Shown one piece after another: positions 43,001-54,193 of a stretch of DNA of 64,000 bases; the first letter of the stretch is position 1; the number at the start of each line of letters is the position of its first letter. Origin of the DNA: Rebecca billardiae RCC1528 (Eukaryota > Protista > Haptophyta). The translations under genes and the position numbers were made by a program. The DNA lies in NCBI GenBank assembly GCA_965240325.2, contig OZ251231.1, forward strand, positions 1,736,001 to 1,800,000. Direction: 5' to 3'. Under the pieces are notes generated by a model that saw nothing but the letters and a program-made list of their open reading frames with translations, was not told the origin of the DNA and made no database searches.

Positions 43001-46000
43001 CAGGGCACAGTTTTATATGGCGGGCCGTAGGTCCGCCCCTTGTAGTGCCCGGGAAAAAGATAAGAAAAAGAAAATGAAAAAAGAAAATCGCCTCGCAGAG
43101 AAAAGAAAATCGCTTCGCTCACTACCGGGCGCCCTCGCAGCTCCCACTGGGGACGCTCGGCCGAAAAGTGGTTCGCCCATGGCGCGGAGCGCGTGGGCCG
43201 CGCGCGCCAAATCCAACGCCGGCGCGGACATCGCGCGAGGATTCCCTAGACGGGTTTTCGCCCGATTCGCGATTGCTGCCCTCGTCGTCTCGCGTGCAGG
43301 TCGAACGGGGGCTAAATCGATGCGTTTGGAGCGGTACGCTCGGCGCGTCGACACGATCGTGAGACCTGGGGCGATCCTCGCCCGACGTGCACGTCGAAAG
43401 CTCGCACCGGCCATAGTATCAAGCGCTGCGCACGATGACCACCTCGCGCGATCCACCGTCGCGCGTCGGGCTCGGTGCGAGAAAGCCCTCATCACGAGGC
43501 GTCTCGCGGGCGGGAAGCGCCATCGCACGCGACGCAAGATTTGGCGCGGCCTTCTGAACTCGATCGCCGGAATCCGCGCACCGGACTCAGTCATTGCTCG
43601 CGGTCCGGTCCCTCAGCCGAAGCCCACGTCCGGCCTGCATGGCGTCGACGGTGACCAATGCGACGGAAGCGCAGCGCCAACGGCGTACGACGCGCAGCGG
43701 ACGCACCTCCCGGGTCTGTCACCGTGGCAGCAACCGCGTCATCGCGACTTGGCGACCCTCGCCGCAGCGCGACACAGACAAGCCCGTGATGCCATCCGCA
43801 GAGAGATGAAACGTCGAGCATGCAACATCGCCGCGCCATGGCCTCGTCCATGGCGCAGGCGCTGCGGGACGAGGCGGAAGTCGTCACGCCGGTGACGGAT
43901 GCGCTGCGATTCGTGTGCCCGCGTGAGCAGCGCTTGCCCACTCTCGATCGCGAGTGGCACACGCTGTCGCTGTGCGCGCGCGCGCGCACAACCAACAGCT
44001 CCTCGTGCCGCCGAGCACGCGAGCGCCAGACCTGTTGAACATGCGAAGAGCGACGACCGCGTGAACGTCAACGCGCTCGTGCTCAGCGTGGTGGCCGTGT
44101 ACGACGTCAACGCGACCTGCGCCGAGCCCATCGTGCCTGGAGCCGACATCGACAAGCATCCTCGCGACGACCGCTCTCGGCTGGCGGCAGGAGGACATGC
44201 ACATGATCTACTCTGGCGGCTTCGTCGGCGGCGAGCGCGTACCCGCGCTCGCGCGGAGCAACGGGCTACCCGCCCCGCCCCGCGTGCTGCACATTCCCTC
44301 GTGGGTGTGGGCCTCGCTGATGCGCATACAATACTCTAAGAGTACAGTCTACAGACCGTGAAACGTGTGTACATCACGTCGGCCGGAGCCATCAACTTCA
44401 CGTGTCACTGGTCCTTGGCCTTGCACTCGACTGTCCGTCACCCACGGCCACGAGCGAATGTGGAAAGACGCGAACCCGCAAAGGATACATTGCGACAGCA
44501 CTGGCACGGCCCGCCGCCCCCCCCCCGCCCGCCAGGGCACAGTTTATATACGTCTTGGCCCTGAGCCGATCGGCGTCTAGGCGGTCGGCTTCTGTCGGCG
44601 TAGTATGGCGGGCCGTAGGTCCGCCCCTTGTAGTGCCCGGGAAAAAGATAAGAAAAGAAGAGGGAAAAGAAAATCGCCTCGCAAAGAAAAGAAAATCGCC
44701 TCGCTCACTGCCGGGTCGCTTCGCTCACTACCGGGCGCCCTCGCAGCTCCCACTGGGGACGCTGGGCCGAAAAGTGGTTCGCCCATGGCGCGGAGCGCGT
44801 GGGCCGCGCGCGCCGAATCCAACGCCGGCGCGGACATCGCGCGAGGATTCCCTAGACGGGTTTTCGCCCGATTCGCGATTGCTGCCCTCGTCGTCTCGCG
44901 TGCAGGTCGAACGGGGTCGACGCGTTTGGAGCGGTACGCTCGGCGCGTCGACACGATCGTGAGACCTGGGGCGATCCTCGCCCGACGTGCACGTCGGAAG
45001 CTCGCACCGGCCATAGCATCATGCGCTGCGCACGATGACCGCCTCGCGCGATCCACCGTCGCGCGTCGGGCTCGGTGCGAGAAAGCCCTCGTCACGAGGC
45101 GTCTCGCGGGCGGGAAGCGCCATCGCACGCGACGCAAGGCCTTCTGAACTCGATCGCCGGAATCCGCGCACCGGACTCAGTCATTGCTCGCGGTCCGGTC
45201 CCTCAGCCGAAGCCCACGTCCGGCCTGCATGGCGTCGACGGTGACCAATGCGACGGAAGCGCAGCGCCAACGGCGTACGACGCGCAGCGGACGCACCTCC
45301 CGGGTCTGTCGCCGTGGCAGCAACCGCGTCATCGCGAGTTGGCGACCCTCGCCGCAGCGCGACACAGACAAGCCCGTGATGCCATCCGCAGAGAGATGAA
45401 TCGTCGAGCATGCAACATCGACGCGCCATCCTCGTCCATGGCGCAGGCGCTGCGGGACGAGGCGGAAGTCGTCACGCCGGTGACGGATGCGCTGCGACTC
45501 GTGTGCTCGCGTGAGCAGCGCTTGCCCACTCTCGATCGCGAGTGGCACACGCTGTCGCTGTGCGCGCGCGCGCGCACAACCAACAGCTCCTCCTGCCGCC
45601 GAGCACGCGAGCGCCAGACCTGTCGAAGAGGCGAAGAGCGACGACCGCGTGAACGTCAACGCGCTCGTGCTCAGCGTGGTGGCCGTGTACGACGTCAACG
45701 CGACCTGCGCCGAGCCCACGGCGGCGAGGCGCTCGATTACGCCATCGCGGTCGAGATGCGGCACATACAACGCGTACCCGCGCTCGCGCGGAGCAACGGG
45801 CTACCCGCCCCGCCCCGCGTGCTGCACATTCCCTCGTGGGTGTGGGCCTCGCTGATGCGCATACAATACTCTAAGAGTACAGACCGTGAAACGTGTGTAC
45901 ATCACGTCGGGGAGCCAACTTCACGTGTCACTGGTCCTTGCACTCGACTGTCCGTCACCCACGACCACGAGCGAATGTGGAACTACGGACGCCGTCGGAC

Positions 46001-46074
46001 GCGAACCCGCAAAGGATACATTGCGACAGCACTGGCACGGCCCGCCGACCCCCCCGCCCGCCAGGGCACAGTTT
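40051..46074 (+). mobile_element. Head-to-tail array of four non-autonomous Helitron2-like elements (40051-41488, 41550-43013, 43019-44545, 44607-46074)
   Basis: Four highly similar ~1.44-1.53 kb units. Each starts GGCGGGCCGTAGG(T/C)CCGCC (terminal hairpin) and carries the inverted copy ACGGCCCGCC about 28 nt before the end CAGGGCACAGTTT. Flanked by TA tracts; no intact transposase. The repeat is certain, the class is inferred. Confidence 0.7.
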
Positions 46075-46099
46075 ATTATTATTATTATTATTATTATAT

Positions 46100-46192
<93 letters not shown>
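46073..46192. repeat. (TTA)n followed by (TA)n microsatellite
   Basis: TTA repeats 46073-46096 and TA tract 46107-46192. Confidence 0.97.
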
Positions 46193-46195
<3 letters not shown>

Positions 46196-46460
46196 GCAGT
46201 TGCTCGAAATCTCGAATTTGCGCATTGCGGCGAGTCCTTTACTCCTTATATGGCTTATCGATTAATTAGTCCCGGTCGGCGTTGCTGCCCGCGTCGCATC
46301 CTGGACGGCTGATATAATGCCGATGCGGGGGTGTGACCTAGACCTAGTCGTCAGCACCTCACGCGTTTATCACGCGCCCCCCCTTTATTGCCCCCACCTC
46401 GCAATCTACTCTCATGTGCTGGGTCTACCGAGTGAGTTATACGAAAACCCGAGTCACGAC

Positions 46461-48520
46461 TCACGGCAGCAGTGCGCCAAGCCACGCGCCAAGGCCTCGG
46501 AACGGCGCCAGCAGCCCGTCGAGACACCCGCCCACCGCGTCGGCTGCGGCGGCGGCGCGCGGCGGCAGCCGACGGCGGCAGCCCCGGCCGAGCGCCCACG
46601 CCAGGGCGAGGGCAGGCTCGGCTGCGAGCAGCTTGAGCGCCTGCGCTTGGAGCGCGGCGAGGAGCACCGCGCGCGCCGAGCCGTGCGCAGCCTCGCTCGG
46701 GCTGAGCAGCCGCACCAGCCACGCGCACGCGCCGAGCGCCGCGGCCGCGTGCGCCGCCCACGCCACCGCCAGCCGCCAGCGGCGCGGCTGCGACCACCAC
46801 AGCTGCGCACTTGCAAGCTCGGATCGGCGGATGCGCGTGTAGCGCTCGATGCGCCGCGCGCCGGCGTGGCCGGCACACGCGTCGCGCCGGCCGCGCGCGC
46901 GGCGTGTCGCGTGCTGCTGCGCGTGTGCGCGCAGCAGCAGCGCACATGCCACGTCGGGCTCCGCCATCAGCCGCGGCGGCGGCGCGAGCGCGCGGCTGCC
47001 GCCCGCGCTTCCGCCGCCGCCGCCTGGGCCCGGCCCCCGGGCGGCGGCGCGCAGCGGCACCACCCAGACGAGCGGCAGCGGCTGCTTGGCGAGATGTCCA
47101 GCCGCCTCGCGGCGCACGCCGTAAAAGCACACCGCGCCGAGGTCCCCGCGCATCGGCTCCCCGGCGTACACCGCCGCAGCGCGCACGAAGCGCAGAGCGG
47201 GGCAGCCGCGTGGCGGCGCGCCGCCGCCGTCCGCGCCGGCGCGCGCCGCCCGCTCGGGCGAGACGGCGGCGCCGCCGCTGAGGCCCACGGCGGTGATGGC
47301 GGAAGGCGAGAGCACACCCTCGGCGCCGCCGGCCGTGGGCGAGCTCAGCGACGCCGGGAGCTCGGAGCCCGCGCTCAGCGCCGCCGGCCGCACGCTCGCG
47401 GCCTCGCCCGCCTCAACAGCGATCGCGCGCACCACCCCTGGCGACACGTACTCGTCGTCGTCGCCGTCGCCGCCCGCGCCGGGCGCGGCGCGCGGCGGCG
47501 GCGTGCAGCTCTCGGCGGCGGCGGATGCGGCGTCGGTCGAGCTGCGCGGCGTGTACGCCGGCGCGGGCGCGGGCGGCGAGGCGGGCGAGGGCGGCACCTC
47601 TGTGCACACGCTCACGCGCCCCGAGCCCGGCTTGGTCGGGCTCTCCGCCGCGCCGCCGTGCGACGGATCGCAGCAGGCGCCACGCGCGCAGGCGTCGGCG
47701 CCGCCGGCACTGCGCCGCACCGTGGCTAGGCTGCTCGTCCGCGCGCCCGCGGCCGCGGCCGCGCCGTCCGTGGAGGACCGGTGTGAGTAGCTTGAGAGAC
47801 TCGAGAGGCTCGAGTGCTCCGAGCCGCGGCTGTCGCGCCGCGCGCCGAGCTGTGCGGCCCGGCCCGGCACGGTGCGCCACGCGCGCGCCGCGCCGCCGCT
47901 CGGCGGCGCGGGCGGCGGCGGCCCCGGCGGCGGCGGCGGCGGCGGCGGCTGCGCGGGCGCGCGCGAGGCGCCCTCGCCATCGGTGCTCGAGCTCAGGAAG
48001 TGCGCACCGGCGGCCCAGCCGCCCGGCCCACGGCCGCCACCGCTGCCGGCCTCCGCGGCAGCGCCGCACGCCGACGCGGCCGCGCTGCGCGCAGCACTGA
48101 CTGCGCGCATCGCGTCACCACACGACGCGCGGCGCGGCGGCACCAGCGGCGCCGCGCGCGCTTGAGGCGCGCCCGTCGTGGCGCAGCCGGTGCTCGGCTC
48201 GTCGGCACGGAGCGGCGCCACGGCCTCGAAGCTCGCAGCCGCGTCGCCGCGCCCGCGCCCGCCGCCTCCGCCGCCGCACCTCTTCCCCTCCCGGTCTGCG
48301 CCCGCCGGGGCGGCGGCGGCGGCGGCGGCGCGTCGCGGCGTGCGCTGCAGAGCACCTGCCGAGGCGGCGCGGGCTCGGCTTGCCGCCCGCCCGCCGCCCA
48401 CGTCCGCAAGCTCGGCGGGCGTGGGCGCGCCCTCGCACAGCGCGCGCACGTGCGGCAGCAGGTGCCCGCTCGCATCCGTGAGCGCAGGCAGCGTGGCCTC
48501 ACGCCGCCTGAAGCCGCTGC

Positions 48521-48560
<40 letters not shown>

Positions 48561-48769
48561 TTCTGTCGCCTCGTCCGCGTGGGCGAAGAAGCCGACACAT
48601 TCGCCGCGCGCGCCGGGCACGGAGATGAGCGCGCGCGCGGGGACCAGCAGCGGCGGGTGCTCGGGCGTCGCCTCAGCCGCCGCGCCGCCAAAGCCGGGGC
48701 CGCGCGCCCTGCGGCGTCCGCGCTCGGGCGAGGCAGGCGGCGCGGCCGCGGCGGCCGCAGCTTCCTCCT

Positions 48770-48803
<34 letters not shown>

Positions 48804-51046
48804 GGCCGGCGGGCAGACGTAGAGCAAGCGCCGAGCGCCGAGCTGGGGCGTGGCCGGCTGCGCGGCGCCGAGGCGCGCCGGAGGCGTCGGCGACGCGTGC
48901 GCTCGGCGCGCACGCGCCGCCTCCGCCGCCTCCGCCTCCGCCTCGGCCACGCCGACGCTGACGCGCATCGGCGGCGCGCCGTCAGACGTGGCGCGCTCAG
49001 CCAGGCAACCGCCCTGCCCGCCGCCGCCCTCCGCGTCCGCGCCCGAGTCACGGCGCATGTGGCTCGCCGCCGTCGCGAGCAGCCGCGCCTTGAGCTCGCG
49101 CAGCGCGGTGCGCCGGTTCGCCCAGCCGAACGCGCCGCGCAGCGCCGCGGCCGGGGGCCATGCGAGCACGAGAGCGAGCAACGCGACGTCGAGCAGCGGC
49201 GGCCGCAGCCGCTCGGCGCCGACGCCGCCGGCACCGTCGTCGCCGCCCGCCGCGCCCGCCATGCCGGTGGCGCGCAGCAGCAGCAGCAGGGCGAGCAGCT
49301 CGACGAGCGCGCCATTGAGCAGCGCCGCGGCGCGCTGCTTGGCCGTGCGCGGCTCGCCCGGCAGCCGCGCCGCGGCACGGACGAGCGAGGAGAACACTGC
49401 GAGCGCGCCGAGCGCGCCGCCGAGCGCGCCTCCCGCCGCCGCGCGCCGCGCCCACGCCGGCACCCGCGTCGCCGCGTCCGCGCGAGCGTCGGCCGCGCGC
49501 GCCGCACACAGCGCCAGCCCGAACGCGCCGAGCAGCGCGCTCACGACGAGCACGGCCGTGAGCGCGGACGGCTGCGGCGGCTCTGAGATCACAGTGCCGA
49601 GCTCGAGCGACCCGGGCCCCTCCTCCGAGGCCGAGCCATCCGCCGGCGGCGCCGACGCCGGGCGCGCCACAGCGACAAAGTCGGTCAGGTGGTCGCACGC
49701 GCACACGAGCACGCCGCCGCCGCCGCCGTCGGCGGCGTCGGCGGCGGTGGCGGTGGTGCCGCCGCCGGCCAGCGCGGCGGCGTCGCTCACGGCCGCGCAA
49801 CCGTCGCCCGACCAGCGCGCGGCACTCTCGTTCCAGAACGCGCAGCCGAGATCGCAATCTCCCGCGCCGCAGCCCGCCCCACCCGCCGTCGGGAGCGGGA
49901 TCGCAATCTGGACGAGCGAGCTCAGCCCCGAGATCGGCAGACTCTGATTGCCGTGCCACAGCTCGGCAGAGACCAGCCCGCCGTGCGCGGCGGCGCCAGC
50001 GCCGAGCGCGGCCGACGCCGCGGCGGGCCGCGCGAGCATGAGCTCCTCCCAGAGGACGACGGACTGGAGGAGCGCGGCCGAGGGCGCGCCGAGCCCGCCC
50101 GCGCCGAGCGCGCCCGCCGCGCCGAGCTGCGCCCACGCGGAGGCGGGCACGCTGAGGGCCGCGCCCGTGAGCGCGTCGCCCGGCTGCGAGGGCGCGCGCA
50201 CGGTCCACGCGGCTCCGCCAGCGTCGAGGCGCGCGAGCAGCTCGGCGGGGTGCACGCGCAGCACGCCCACGCGCAGCGCGCCCAGCGCCGTGTGCACCCG
50301 CGCGCTCGCCGCGTCCGCGCCTTCCCCGCCGCCCTCCGCGCCGCCCAGCCGCGCGCCCAGCTCGCGGATGAGCGCGTGCACAGATGCGTGCACATCGCCG
50401 GCCGCGCGCGCCAGCGCGCCGTCGTCGGCCGCGCCGCTCGCGTTCACGCCGCCGCTCGCGCCGAGCAGGCTCGTGAGCCGCTCCGCCGCGGCCACCACGC
50501 CTTCGACGGTGGCCCCCGCCGGCCCCAGCGTCGCCGAGCCCTCGCGCGCGCCCGCGCCGCCGCCGTCCACCAAGGCGCACGCCGCGGCGAGGTGCATCGT
50601 CGCGCTCGGGTCAAAGTTGGGCGCGGCCGAGTCGGCGCAGCCCGCGTGCAGCCGCTGCGGCGCCGACTCGACCGACACGCCCAGCGCCGCGCTCAGCTCG
50701 GCGTTGCTCAGCTGGCCCAGCGCCGCCATCACCGCGGCGGCCGCGTCCTCCGCCAACGCCGGCGGCTCCGCCGCGCCGTCTGCCAGAGACGGCTGCGGAG
50801 GCGTGACGGCAAAGATGAGCGCCACGGACGCGCCGCGCACGGCGGCGAGCTCGACGCTGCCCGTCGGCACTCCGAGCACCGCCGCCACGCCCGCCTCGAG
50901 CGCGCTCGCCACGCCCGCTCCGCCGTACTCGTCCACGTCGCCGGCGGCGCCGAGCTCAAAGTACACGGCGCCGGCGCCGGCCGTGCCTGAGTCGGCGCCG
51001 GCCGCCTGCGTGCCCTCGGGCGGCGGCGAGGCGCCCGGAGGCGTCG

Positions 51047-51085
<39 letters not shown>

Positions 51086-51183
51086 GGTGCGGCGGAAGCG
51101 ACGGCATCGGCGGCGTGGAGGGCGGCGGGCTCGGCGGCGGGCTCGGCGGCGGGCTGGGCGGCGGCTGGGCCGGCGGCGACAAG

Positions 51184-51221
<38 letters not shown>

Positions 51222-51776
51222 GTGTGGCGGCAGGGCCGGCATCGGCGGCGGCGCCTGCGGCGAGCTCGGCGGCGGCTCCGGCGAGCACAGCCAGGCCATG
51301 GCCAGGAGCACCCCCTTCTGCTGGTCCGACGGCCGCACCGCGCGCTCGAAGCCGACGGCGCAGCAGTAGCAGCCGCCATCCGGGTACCATGTGAGTACCA
51401 TCGACTCACACACGCCCACGAGCGCCTCAGCACACGCCTGGCCGCCGGGCGTGGGCGAGCCGACCGTCGGCGGCGGGCGCGAGCCGCCCCGCCCCTCGGC
51501 GACGCACGTGTGGTCGAGCGAGCGAAGAGGATCCCAGGGGATGGCGGAGATGGCGGTGCCGCCGCCGCACGGCGGCGGCGGCGGCGGCGGCGGCGGGCTG
51601 CGCGGGGGCGATGGCGGCGGCGAGCGTGGCGGCGACGACGGTGGTGGCGGTGGCGGCGGCGGCGGCGGCGGCGGCGGATGCGGCGGCAGGGACGGCATCG
51701 GCGGCGGCGACGGTGGTGGGCTCGGTGGCTGCGAGGGTGGCGGGCGCGGCGGTGGTGGCGATGGGGGCCGCGACGG

Positions 51777-51807
<31 letters not shown>

Positions 51808-52360
51808 GGCGGGTGCGGCGGCAGGGACGGCGTCGGAGGTGGCGATGGCGGTGGGCTGGGTGGCGGTGACGGCGGCTGACTTGGCGGCGGCATCGATGGT
51901 GGTGTCGACGGCGGCAACGATGGAGGCGGCGGCGGTGGCGGTGGCGGCGGCGGTGGCGGGTGCGGCGGCAGGGACGGCGTCGGAGGTGGCGATGGCGGTG
52001 GGCTGGGTGGCGGTGACGGCGGCGGACTTGGCGGCGGCATCGATGGTGGTGTCGACGGCGGCAACGATGGAGGCGGCGGCGGTGGCGGTGGCGGCGGCGG
52101 TGGCGGGTGCGGCGGCAGGGACGGCGTCGGAGGTGGCGATGGCGGTGGGCTGGGTGGCCGTGACGGCGGCTGACTTGGCGGCGGCATCGATGGTGGTGTC
52201 GACGGCGGCAACGATGGAGGCGGTGGAGGCGGCGGTGGCGGCGGCGGTGGCGGGTGCGGCGGCAGGGACGGTGTTGGCGGAGGCGACGGTGGTGGGCTCG
52301 GTGGCTGCGAGGGTGGCGGGCGTGGAGGCGGCGGCGGCAGCGGTGCCGAAGGCGGCAGCG

Positions 52361-52393
<33 letters not shown>

Positions 52394-52953
52394 GTGGCGG
52401 GTGCGGCGGCAGGGACGGCGTCGGAGGTGGCGATGGCGGTGGGCTGGGTGGCGGTGACGGCGGCTGACTTGGCGGCGGCATCGATGGTGGTGTCGACGGC
52501 GGCAACGATGGAGGCGGCGGCGGTGGCGGTGGCGGCGGCGGTGGCGGGTGCGGCGGCAGGGACGGCGTCGGAGGTGGCGATGGCGGTGGGCTGGGTGGCG
52601 GTGACGGCGGCGGACTTGGCGGCGGCATCGATGGTGGTGTCGACGGCGGCAACGATGGAGGCGGCGGCGGTGGCGGTGGCGGCGGCGGTGGCGGGTGCGG
52701 CGGCAGGGACGGCGTCGGAGGTGGCGATGGCGGTGGGCTGGGTGGCGGTGACGGCGGCTGACTTGGCGGCGGCATCGATGGTGGTGTCGACGGCGGCAAC
52801 GATGGAGGCGGCGGCGGCGGCGGTGGCGGCGGCGGTGGCGGGTGCGGCGGCAGGGACGGTGTTGGCGGTGGCGACGGTGGTGGGCTCGGTGGCTGCGAGG
52901 GCGGCGGACGTGGAGGCGGCGGCGGCGGCGGTGCCGAAGGAGGCAGCGACGGT

Positions 52954-52984
<31 letters not shown>

Positions 52985-54162
52985 GCGGGTGCGGCGGCAG
53001 GGATGGTGTTGGCGGCGGCGACGGTGGCGGCGAGGGTGGTGGGCTTGGCGGCAGAGGCGGTGGGCTTGGTGGTGGCGACGGTGGCGGTGATGACGGGGGA
53101 AGCGATGGGGGCGGGGGCGGGGGCGGGGGCGGCGGGGGCGGCGGATGCGGCGGCAGGGATGGTGTTGGCGGCGGCGACGGTGGCGGCGAGGGTGGTGGTG
53201 GAGGCGGTGGGCTTGGTGGCGGCGGGCTTGGAGGCGGGAGCGGTGGCGGGCTCGGTGGCGGTGGCGGTGGCGGGCTTGGCGGTGGCGGGCTCGGCGGAGG
53301 GCTTGGAGGTGGGCTTGGAGGGGGTGGTGGCGGTGGGCTGGGGGGTGGAGGGCTTGGTGGCGGAGCTGGCGGTGGAGATGGCGGAGGTGGCGGCGGTGGG
53401 CTCGGCGGTGGTGGGCTTGGCGGCGGCTTTGGTGGCGGTGAAGGCGGAGGCGGCGGTGGTGGGCTCGCTGGCGGTGGACTGGGTGGCGGGCTCGGCGGTG
53501 GTGACGGTGGCGGCGGCGGTGGTGGGCTTGGTGGCGGTGGACTGGGTGGCGGGCTCGGCGGTGGTGACGGTGGCGGCGGCGGTGGTGGGCTTGGTGGCGG
53601 TGGGCTCGGCGGCGGGCTGGGTGGCGGCGACGGTGGCGGCGGCGGTGGTGGGCTTGGTGGCGGTGGACTGGGTGGCGGACTCGGCGGTGGTGACGGTGGC
53701 GGCGGCGGTGGTGTGCTTGGTGGTGGTGGGCTCGGCGGCGGGCTGGGTGGCGGCGACGGTGGCGGAGGCGGTGGTGTGCTTGGTGGCGGTGGGCTCGGCG
53801 GCGGGCTGGGTGGCGGCGACGGTGGTGGTGGTGGCGGAGGGCTTGGTGGCGGTGGACTTGGTGGCGGGCTGGGCGGTGGCGATGGCGGCGGAGGCGGTGG
53901 TGGGCTTGGTGGCGGTGGGCTCGGCGGCGGGCTGGGTGGTGGAGACGGCGGCGGCGGCGGCGGTAAGCTGGGTGGTGGTGGCGACGGCGGCGGCGATGGT
54001 GGTGGTGGCGGCGGCGAGCTTGGCGGTGGCGGGCTCGGTGGCGGGCTCGGCGGCGGCGATGGTGGTGGTGGCGGCGGCGAGCTCGGCGGCGGCGGTGATG
54101 GTGGCGGTGATGGCGCTGGGGGCGGGGGCACCGACGGCGGCGGAGGGCTCGGCGGCGGGCTT

Positions 54163-54193
<31 letters not shown>

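Noticed and set aside
40051-46074. CRISPR or rDNA interpretation of the repeat-spacer array
   Set aside because: Units are ~1.5 kb, there are no cas genes and no recognisable rRNA motifs; termini fit a transposon.
40077-46312. Many short ORFs inside the array
   Set aside because: Frames differ between copies through indels; only fragments look protein-like, so no CDS is called.
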